From positions 32,001 through 96,000 of the IMG/VR virus record IMGVR_UViG_3300025849_000016: 64,000 nt of DNA; one strand, given 5' to 3'. A model generated the notes under the pieces. The model saw only the letters and a list, made by a program, of their open reading frames with translations. It made no database searches and was not told the DNA's origin. This stretch comes from a virus. The translations under genes and the position numbers were made by a program. Every line of letters begins with the position of its first letter. Within the stretch, counting starts at the first letter, position 1. Shown here piece after piece: positions 19,646 to 27,410 of the stretch.

Positions 19646-22583
19646 ATGAAGCGTTGTCCGGGAAAGATCTTCCTGCGCCCCAGATAATTCTCACTGCTCC
19701 CGGTGCTCCGTTTTCGTGCCCGCCGCCTTTTCTAGCATAACCTCTGCCGCCTCCCCCATAGATATTTGTTCCGGCAGTAGAAGTTCTTGCTGAGCCGCTG
19801 CTTCCGCCTGTACCGTTAAGACTTAATTCAGTGCCTGCAACACCACTGTCTCCTTCTCCAAAAATGCCAACGCCGCCGCCGGCACCAGTTGTCGAGGCGG
19901 TAGCAAATCCGCCACCGCCTCCACCGCCTGCTCCGTTAGAGGGAGTGTTTGACCAGCGTTTTCCTCGGCCGCCATTGCCTGAATATCCGGCAGCTCCGCC
20001 ACCACCACCACCGTTTTGGGCATTAAAGGATCTATCACCAGATGCGCCGCCAATGCCGCCACCATCTCTTTCGGCACCAGAACTTGTTCCTCCTTGGCCA
20101 TTAGTTTGTGCATCTGACCAATAAGTAGTGCCGCCGGATCCCCCGCCGCCTTCTAATAAAGTTGTCAATCCTTGTATAATTGCACTATCTCCGCCAGATA
20201 CGCCAGGTCTGCCAACGCCGCCGCCTCCGCCTACCTGAATGTCTAAAGTTTCGCCAGGCGTTACTGCAAATGTACCATATGCAAGGCCTCCGCCTGCTCC
20301 GCCGCCACCGGCTTGGCCATATACATTAACTGTAGTGCCTTGACCACCGCCACCTCCGCCGCCGATGACTACTGCACTTACCGAAGTCACACCTAACGGA
20401 ACAGTCCAACTAGTAACTAAATTAGTTGTATCTGATGTAGTAGTAAATATTACCTCTCCTGGTGCTGGCATGGATTCTATTGTTCCACTCATACTGATAT
20501 GAATACCGCACTGATAGTAAAAGTTACCCGTATCTTGTATAACCCAATTAATTATTCCGTTAGCAGTTCCGTTACTTAAAATTCCAACTACTTGGTCATT
20601 TGTTCCTATAACTGGTGCCGTTTTTATATAAAACGGATGCCCGGGTGAATTTACAATAAATCTTACCGAATCACCGGATTGAAAGGTTAGGCTTGGATCA
20701 TTGCCACTTACTGCGCCGTTTCGATCAGTACCTGTAAGTATATAATGAGATGCGCCGCTATTTGTTACTGATATAGTAAAGTCGGGTGGCGGTTCATATG
20801 TAGTTTCAAACCCGTTTGAATCTGCTAATGCTACATTAGTTGAGGGGAATTGTCTATTTGACCCCCAAATAATTCTTACTGCACCGCCGCCACCAGATGT
20901 ATTTTCTAAACCAGGATATGAAGTTGTATAATCACTACTAGTACTAGCTCTTCTATATGTAACACCGCCGCCGCCGCCATATTCGCCCCCATTTGCTTGA
21001 GCGCCTGATGCGCCTACGGCGCCTAGATCACCACCAGAGCCGCCACCACCTGCTTCTATAGAAGTAGCCGAATTGGCAAGGCCACCTGCGCCATTTGCAC
21101 CTTGTCCATAAACTCCAACACCACCACCGCCGGCGCTCTGTGCGTCCCCAGTAAAATTAACATTACCTGAGCTATAATGGCCAGCACCACCACCACCACC
21201 GCCAGTGCCTGGTTCACCAGGATCTAAAACTATAGTGGTGGCAGGATTCTGTCCATGTTCGCCTGCATGGCCGCCATCGCCAGAATATCCGCCGGCGCCA
21301 CCACCTGATTTTGATGCCGTTACATATCCGCCGCCTTGACTGCCGTATCCGCCTCTGCCGCCGCCTGATCCAATCCATTCATTGCCAGCATACGTTCTAG
21401 CTTGGCCGGCAGATCTGCCGCCAGAAGCTTTTACTGTTGATGTACTTATAAAATAACTTTGTTCAGATTGCGTTTCAACAGTACCAGTTGAGGTATTTGT
21501 TCCGCCAGCACCTACTACAATATCATACTCTTGACCAGGTATAACAGGTATAGAATTTTTCCAAGCTAGAGAGCCACCCATACCGCCGTAAGTGTTATAA
21601 TCGCCAACACCGCCACCGCCGACAACAACAGTAGATACTAATGTTACATTGTCTGGCGCAGTCCATGTATACGTGCCAGGAGTATCATATAGTATACCTC
21701 CATAGACTGCTGTAGCATTAATTGTACCAGTCATTGATCCGTGGTATTGACAAATGTAATAGAAAGTAGATACTGTATGCACAGTCCATCGAATTGTACC
21801 GCTAGTTGTACCATTATTTGGTATTTCGCTTCCGTCAATAGTAATTGTATCTCCTACATCAGTATTTGCTACTGTTTTAAGAAAAAATGGATGACCTGAA
21901 GCATTAACTACAAAATCTACAACATCACCTAAATAAAATGTTAAGGTTGGATTAGATCCACTTACTGCGCCGTTTCGATCAGTACCAGACATTGTATAAG
22001 CTGAAGCACCAGAGTTAGTTACATTAATTGTATAATCAGCTAGGGAATCATCTACAGGTGTAGTACTAGTATCAGTAATAGTAAACACAGCCGAAGTAGC
22101 ATTAGTAGGGTTTCCTAACGAGTCAGTAGAATCTAAAGAAAGAGTTGCTGTTTCAATATCTTCAGTAGTTAAATCAGATTTTGCTATTAATGTTACAGTT
22201 GCAATACCGTTGTATATAATTGCAGTTCCTTGAAAAGATCCACCTGTAACATCAGAACTACTAATCCCTTCCCATAAATAACCAACTGATGTGCCATCTG
22301 TTACTCCAGTTGTAGATATAGTAACAGTCATAGTATCGCCTTCGTCTACAGCGCCGCCAATTGGATTTTTAATTAAAGTATAAGTAGGAGTGCCTGAATA
22401 ATAACTAGTTTCTGTTAGAGCTTTCCAATCTCCAGTATTTGTTTTTTTTATATAAAATAAATTTTCAGATGAAACATATATAATAGTACCGATATCTCTA
22501 TTGTTAGCAGATAAATCATTTAATGCAGTAATTGTTTCAACACCTTCTCTTGATAACGATTTTTTAGAAGAATACTTTGCCAT
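19644..22583 (-). CDS. Adhesin: Calx-beta-like domain plus 2x (cupredoxin-like + polyglycine domain)
   Basis: GHPFFLK...YYICQYHGSM and GHPFYIK...YYQCGIHISM, each followed by a Gly-rich domain ending GAVRIIWG..R.FP. Confidence 0.75.
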   Translation of the reverse strand: MAKYSSKKSLSREGVETITALNDLSANNRDIGTIIYVSSENLFYIKKTNTGDWKALTETSYYSGTPTYTLIKNPIGGAVDEGDTMTVTISTTGVTDGTSVGYLWEGISSSDVTGGSFQGTAIIYNGIATVTLIAKSDLTTEDIETATLSLDSTDSLGNPTNATSAVFTITDTSTTPVDDSLADYTINVTNSGASAYTMSGTDRNGAVSGSNPTLTFYLGDVVDFVVNASGHPFFLKTVANTDVGDTITIDGSEIPNNGTTSGTIRWTVHTVSTFYYICQYHGSMTGTINATAVYGGILYDTPGTYTWTAPDNVTLVSTVVVGGGGVGDYNTYGGMGGSLAWKNSIPVIPGQEYDIVVGAGGTNTSTGTVETQSEQSYFISTSTVKASGGRSAGQARTYAGNEWIGSGGGRGGYGSQGGGYVTASKSGGGAGGYSGDGGHAGEHGQNPATTIVLDPGEPGTGGGGGGAGHYSSGNVNFTGDAQSAGGGGVGVYGQGANGAGGLANSATSIEAGGGGSGGDLGAVGASGAQANGGEYGGGGGVTYRRASTSSDYTTSYPGLENTSGGGGAVRIIWGSNRQFPSTNVALADSNGFETTYEPPPDFTISVTNSGASHYILTGTDRNGAVSGNDPSLTFQSGDSVRFIVNSPGHPFYIKTAPVIGTNDQVVGILSNGTANGIINWVIQDTGNFYYQCGIHISMSGTIESMPAPGEVIFTTTSDTTNLVTSWTVPLGVTSVSAVVIGGGGGGGQGTTVNVYGQAGGGGAGGGLAYGTFAVTPGETLDIQVGGGGGVGRPGVSGGDSAIIQGLTTLLEGGGGSGGTTYWSDAQTNGQGGTSSGAERDGGGIGGASGDRSFNAQNGGGGGGAAGYSGNGGRGKRWSNTPSNGAGGGGGGGFATASTTGAGGGVGIFGEGDSGVAGTELSLNGTGGSSGSARTSTAGTNIYGGGGRGYARKGGGHENGAPGAVRIIWGAGRSFPDNAS

Positions 22584-23932
22584 TATGAATAATCCTGTTC
22601 TTGCACAACACTATCTGTATTTGCTGCATTAGTTGCAGGGAAATTACGGGCAGCTCCCCATATTATTCTTACTGCGCCGCCTGCTCCGTTTTTTCCAAAA
22701 CCTGCTGCTGTGTTAGTAGTTACGGCTGTCCCACTACCGCCGCCACCTGGAAACCCACCTGCTCCTGTATCACCATTACCGCCACCAGATCCGCCGCCTC
22801 CACCGCTTCGGAGTACCGGAGTTCCGTCTAATCCAAGTCCGTTAAATCCTGTTCCACCGCCGCCAGACAACCCCGGGGATGAAATAGATTCACTACCACC
22901 TGCGCCACCGCCGCCTATACCTGCTGTTCCATTTTGTCCATTTACTGGAAGATTTTGAATAAATGACGAGCTTCCACCTGTGCCGCCAGCACCGCCATAT
23001 CCACCGGCCCCTCCGCCACCGCCACCTGTACTTCCAACACTTGTTGCTCCACTTCCGCCATCGCCTCCAGAATATGCTGAATTTAGTCCAGCAACACCGC
23101 CGCCTGCACCAGCAGTACCAAACGATCCGCCCTGACCACCTGATGCTTCTATCAGTACTTGTCCGTTTCCAGTTTTTGAAACTCTAGTGAATCCACCGTT
23201 AGAACCTGGAAAGTTTCTTACACCTCCGCTGCCTCCAGTACCAACTGTAATTGTTAGTGATGACCCGTCATTTTCAACATTATTAACATAAGATAGTGTA
23301 CCACCGCCTCCGCCTGCACCAGATGTATTAGTTGAAGATTGCATACCAGAACCGCCGCCACCTGCTCCTACACAAACAATATGTATTAATTCAGGAGTTC
23401 CTTGAGGAGGAACCCATGTATACACACCCGGCTTTGTCCAAATTGCTCCGCCATCTGCTGCTGTAGTAACTGTTTGAGAAAGTAATAACAATACATCTTT
23501 TGATACAGTATTAATCCCGTCAGTAACAGTTACTCTAATAAGTTTTTCACAAGTGTCTGTTGTTATAATAGGTGTAATAACTAATACACCTGTATCTATG
23601 TCAAATGTTAATGAATCAACCGGATCTGTACCTGTGTTATCGCTAGTAAATGTTGGATAAGATAATTCATAATTTAATAAGGCACCCTCAGGATCTGTTA
23701 CGCCAAAGTCTAAAGTTGTAGTAGCACCTGCTTGTTCTAAAAATACTGTTGCATCTATTCTATTATTCCATGTAGGAGCAATATTAGATGTTTCAACATA
23801 CCCCCACTCATCTCCGTCCCATAGAAATACTTCTCCGGATATAAAAGATTTACTACCGTCTGGTACTCCGATACTAGGCAAGCTGCCTATGTACTCTCGT
23901 TGATACTGTTTTCGATCGCTGTAGTTTGCCAT
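22583..23932 (-). CDS. Adhesin: cadherin/Ig-like domain plus polyglycine domain
   Basis: NIAPTW...VTDPEG..L.Y...VTVTDG, then a Gly-rich domain ending GAVRIIWGAARNFP. TAATG overlap with the next gene. Confidence 0.75.
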   Translation of the reverse strand: MANYSDRKQYQREYIGSLPSIGVPDGSKSFISGEVFLWDGDEWGYVETSNIAPTWNNRIDATVFLEQAGATTTLDFGVTDPEGALLNYELSYPTFTSDNTGTDPVDSLTFDIDTGVLVITPIITTDTCEKLIRVTVTDGINTVSKDVLLLLSQTVTTAADGGAIWTKPGVYTWVPPQGTPELIHIVCVGAGGGGSGMQSSTNTSGAGGGGGTLSYVNNVENDGSSLTITVGTGGSGGVRNFPGSNGGFTRVSKTGNGQVLIEASGGQGGSFGTAGAGGGVAGLNSAYSGGDGGSGATSVGSTGGGGGGAGGYGGAGGTGGSSSFIQNLPVNGQNGTAGIGGGGAGGSESISSPGLSGGGGTGFNGLGLDGTPVLRSGGGGGSGGGNGDTGAGGFPGGGGSGTAVTTNTAAGFGKNGAGGAVRIIWGAARNFPATNAANTDSVVQEQDYS

Positions 23933-23941
23933 TATTACTCT

Positions 23942-25612
23942 CTATACTATATTATCTGGAAACGATTTATTAGCTCCCCAAACAATTCTAACTGCTCCAT
24001 TACTACCGCCTCCTGCAGATCTTGTACCGGCGGTATAATATGCATACATAGTTCCGCCCGATCCTCCACCTCCATATGTTGCAGATGTTTTTACCGATCC
24101 AGCGCCGCCGTTTTGTGGAGTTCCGTAGTTTAAATTGTAGTCATATACTCCTCGTGTACCACTTGTGCCTTCTCCAAGTGTTCCGGTACTTCCGCCATTG
24201 CCACCAGTTTGAGAAAAACCGCCAGCATACTGATAATCGTCTGAACAAGCACCTCCGCCGCCACCGCCACTTCCGTTACTGCCTTGGTTGGGTCCGCCGG
24301 AGCCACCATTGCCTGAATATCCGCCAGCTCCGCCACCGGCGCCGCCGTCCCAACCATTTGAAATTCCAAAGCCATTTCCGCCGTTGCCGCCGCCACCTGA
24401 CACTGTGCCACTTCCTCCTATATAAGTGCCGCCATTTACTGTTGACGAGTTACCGCCGTTGCCACCATTACCCTGAGCGTAAGTTACACTATTGTATCTA
24501 ATTAGACTATTGCTTCCATTTTGTCCATTTGTACGACCTGACCGTTGTGCATCTCTTGCACCTCCGCTGCCTCCGGCACCTACTACAATTTCGACTGTGT
24601 CTCCTGGAGTTACTGATAACGCATTAAAATAACCTAACCCACCACCTGCGCCGCCAGCCGCAGTTACTTGTGTTCCTGAACTTGTTCCTCTACTACACAT
24701 CCCACCGCCACCGCCACCGATAGCTACTCCGCATATAGATGTAACACCTTCTGGTACAGTCCAACTAAACGTACCGGGACTAGAAAAAGCAGCAGATCCG
24801 CTCGGTACTGTAGCACTACTGTCATTAATAGCAACTTCAGCAGTTGCTAAACCGTTATTTAAACTTATTGTAAATGTTTCATCACCTTCACCAATACTTG
24901 CATCTTCAACAATATTAAATTGTTTAGTGCTAGATCCGACTGCATCGATTGTAAAAGATCCAGTAAGAGATTCTTCTCCTGGTGCTTCTAAATCTTCTGA
25001 TTGTATGCCTGTAATTGTATACGGCAATACAGTTCCTTGAGAAACATTTTGAGTTGCTAGTTGTATTGTAAATGAATTACCTTCATTTACAGTAGTAACA
25101 CTTGGAGTTAATGTGTAAGTTGGAACAGGTGTTGTACTAGTATCTGCAATTGTTATTAAAATACTATCTTGGTCGTTATCTAAACTTAGTATTAATACTT
25201 TATCTCCGTCAGTACTAGAGTCTTCTGTAACATTAAATTGAACCTGTGCTGAATTATTAATTATAGTAAATATTCCAGTTAATGGCACATTTCCAATATC
25301 AGCCGAAGTAACTGAGCCTGTAATGCTCCAGCCAATTGTTGTATTACTTTCAATATTAGTTGTTTGTAAATTAATAACAATTGTATCGCCTTCATCTACT
25401 GTTTTATCATCTGCTGTCAAATTATATGTTTGCACTAATAAAGAATCAGGAGCATCTAATAAATTAGTTTCTACCCAAAAATTACCATTCCAAAGATATA
25501 TATCATCGTTAACAATGTATCGATCGCCGATTAAATTATTTGTTAATGGGAGATTTTCTCTAGATGTTAAAACTGGAAGTTCAAAATATTTTTCAGCACT
25601 ATAACGTGTCAT
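23942..25612 (-). CDS. Adhesin: two Calx-beta-like domains plus polyglycine domain
   Basis: Y.LT....TV.EG....I.L.T.N repeats, EGDETFTISL, and a Gly-rich domain ending GAVRIVWGANKSFP. Confidence 0.75.
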   Translation of the reverse strand: MTRYSAEKYFELPVLTSRENLPLTNNLIGDRYIVNDDIYLWNGNFWVETNLLDAPDSLLVQTYNLTADDKTVDEGDTIVINLQTTNIESNTTIGWSITGSVTSADIGNVPLTGIFTIINNSAQVQFNVTEDSSTDGDKVLILSLDNDQDSILITIADTSTTPVPTYTLTPSVTTVNEGNSFTIQLATQNVSQGTVLPYTITGIQSEDLEAPGEESLTGSFTIDAVGSSTKQFNIVEDASIGEGDETFTISLNNGLATAEVAINDSSATVPSGSAAFSSPGTFSWTVPEGVTSICGVAIGGGGGGMCSRGTSSGTQVTAAGGAGGGLGYFNALSVTPGDTVEIVVGAGGSGGARDAQRSGRTNGQNGSNSLIRYNSVTYAQGNGGNGGNSSTVNGGTYIGGSGTVSGGGGNGGNGFGISNGWDGGAGGGAGGYSGNGGSGGPNQGSNGSGGGGGGACSDDYQYAGGFSQTGGNGGSTGTLGEGTSGTRGVYDYNLNYGTPQNGGAGSVKTSATYGGGGSGGTMYAYYTAGTRSAGGGSNGAVRIVWGANKSFPDNIV

Positions 25613-26571
25613 TATCTATCTTTCAATACCCATCCGTTTAAAGAACTATGATAAAGTAACCCCAAACTAGCACGGGTAATATCAATAATTAAATTTTCAC
25701 TGTCGCCTTGAATAGGTGAAGACGACGATACAGTACATGGATTTGATGCAAAAGTTCCTTTGATATCAACTATTCTTACTTCGTCACCTTTAGACGGTCC
25801 AGAAGGTAGTGTAATAGTTATCGGACCATCTGTTGAATCTACAAATATTAAATCATAAGCTGATGCTGAATATGGTGATGTTGCCGAATCAACATCTACC
25901 GGGTTTAATGCATCAGCTGCCTGACTGCTTGCTGATATAAATTCTAATGCTGTCCCAGTTGAATTTACTCTTACTATATTATTTTCTTGACCAGTAAAGC
26001 TATTAGGAGTATCAGACATACCTAAAAACGTAGTAATACCTGCTTGGACATCGCCATTAAAGTTTTCAATTACGTTACCACCGTTAGATTGTACCCAAAC
26101 TGCTTCTTCAGAAAACCATACTGCTAGTATACCTAATTCACTATCGTACCATAAATCTCCTGCTGTAGGATTTGATGGAGCAGATGTACTAACTGTTACA
26201 CTAGCTCCGCCGCCACCTGCACCGCCACTACTAGAAATTGTAAGTATATTTCCTGTAATAGAAGTTGATACTCCGCCAGCGCCTTGAATACCTAATGTAG
26301 TATTGCCTGCTGAAGCTGTCCCCGTACCTGTATCAGCTTGTATTGCATTAAATGCAATTGTACTTGATGAACTTGGAACAAAATTTGCTCCGTTGTATGC
26401 TAAAATTTGTCCTGCTTGTGCGCCTGACAGATTAAGTTGTAGAGAATTTCCATTTCCTAATGCATTATACAGTTCTGTAAAATTATTATTTACTTTTCCG
26501 GCGCCGTCTCTTAAACTATCACCAGTACCGTCATTTGCGCCTGCACCTGTGTTAATTATTTGCTTTGTCAT
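25612..26571 (-). CDS. Baseplate/tail-fibre connector with T4 gp9/gp10-type N-terminus and gp34-type C-terminal repeat
   Basis: MTKQIINTG..ANDGTGDSLR....KVN.NF.ELY is the gp9/gp10-family N-terminal motif. C-terminal VDST.GPITITLP..P..GDEV.IVD..G.F..NPCTV...GW. Confidence 0.75.
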   Translation of the reverse strand: MTKQIINTGAGANDGTGDSLRDGAGKVNNNFTELYNALGNGNSLQLNLSGAQAGQILAYNGANFVPSSSSTIAFNAIQADTGTGTASAGNTTLGIQGAGGVSTSITGNILTISSSGGAGGGGASVTVSTSAPSNPTAGDLWYDSELGILAVWFSEEAVWVQSNGGNVIENFNGDVQAGITTFLGMSDTPNSFTGQENNIVRVNSTGTALEFISASSQAADALNPVDVDSATSPYSASAYDLIFVDSTDGPITITLPSGPSKGDEVRIVDIKGTFASNPCTVSSSSPIQGDSENLIIDITRASLGLLYHSSLNGWVLKDR

Positions 26572-27077
26572 TCTGTCGGTTCCTTATTATCAAAATTGAT
26601 ATCATTATTGTCAAATGTTACTGTATTATTATCAAATGTTGGGAATACTCCAAAACGTCTATAATCTTTTTGTATTGGATTAATTGGCACATTTGGTACT
26701 AAGACATCACCTTCGTCAATTCCTTGATTGACTCTTAAAGTTAATTCTCCATTATCATCTACATAGTAAGAATAATTCCCATCATCCCATTTATACTGTT
26801 GATATATTAAACTAGGATATCTTTCAGCATGATTTTCGTCGTTACCTTCAAAAAAATCAATACCTGGTATAAAATAAGGAAAGTCATCTAAAGGATTATC
26901 TCCTATTTCATTAACTAAAACACCGTCATTGCTATCAAATGCATCTACCTTGCATAATACAAGCTCTTCGCCGTCTGATCTCATGCCGTAAAAAAATCTT
27001 TGGCTTCGTGTTTGCTTTGCTACCGTCCTAGGTGTATTGCCTATGTAATATACCGAGTCTAACTTTTTTACTGTCAT
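26568..27077 (-). CDS. Conserved hypothetical virion protein with C-terminal FD repeats
   Basis: Paralog of 13616..13981, with an added tail TFDNNTVTFDNNDINFD. ATGA overlap with the next gene. Confidence 0.75.
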   Translation of the reverse strand: MTVKKLDSVYYIGNTPRTVAKQTRSQRFFYGMRSDGEELVLCKVDAFDSNDGVLVNEIGDNPLDDFPYFIPGIDFFEGNDENHAERYPSLIYQQYKWDDGNYSYYVDDNGELTLRVNQGIDEGDVLVPNVPINPIQKDYRRFGVFPTFDNNTVTFDNNDINFDNKEPTE

Positions 27078-27406
27078 TAGAGGATTTCCACATAACTCAC
27101 TATTGCATCAACACTTGCTGCTAGATTACTTTTAATCTTTAACTGATTGTCGTTACCTAATATAAGTTTTTCACCACCTGCAATTAGTCTTAAACTACTA
27201 TTTGGTGGTAACATTACTTCTTTTACATAATAACCTTCGATATCTAGTTCATTAGTAACAGTAACATCAATAAACAAGTTGCTTTCTGACACATTTGCTA
27301 AACTGATACCTACAATTGTCATTTTACTATTATTTGTATTATCCACTAGTGTTACTGGTGTTGGACCAATATCTTTTGCTATACTATTTCTAAAATAATT
27401 TGCCAT
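27077..27406 (-). CDS. Small (~110 aa) beta-rich virion protein
   Basis: MANYFRN...TIVGISLAN...LPPNSSL.L...EKLIL...QLKI.S....VDAIVSYVE. Paralog of 3821..4147 and 63568..63906. Confidence 0.75.
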   Translation of the reverse strand: MANYFRNSIAKDIGPTPVTLVDNTNNSKMTIVGISLANVSESNLFIDVTVTNELDIEGYYVKEVMLPPNSSLRLIAGGEKLILGNDNQLKIKSNLAASVDAIVSYVEIL

Positions 27407-27410
27407 TTCT

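Noticed and set aside
534-25612. Diversity-generating retroelement acting on the adhesins
   Set aside because: No reverse transcriptase and no non-coding template repeat differing only at adenines was seen. All repeats are coding and differ mainly at wobble positions. An element outside the window cannot be excluded.
14005-25612. Sharp GC swings suggesting foreign DNA
   Set aside because: They track amino-acid content (polyglycine versus Ile/Asn/Thr-rich domains) within single ORFs.
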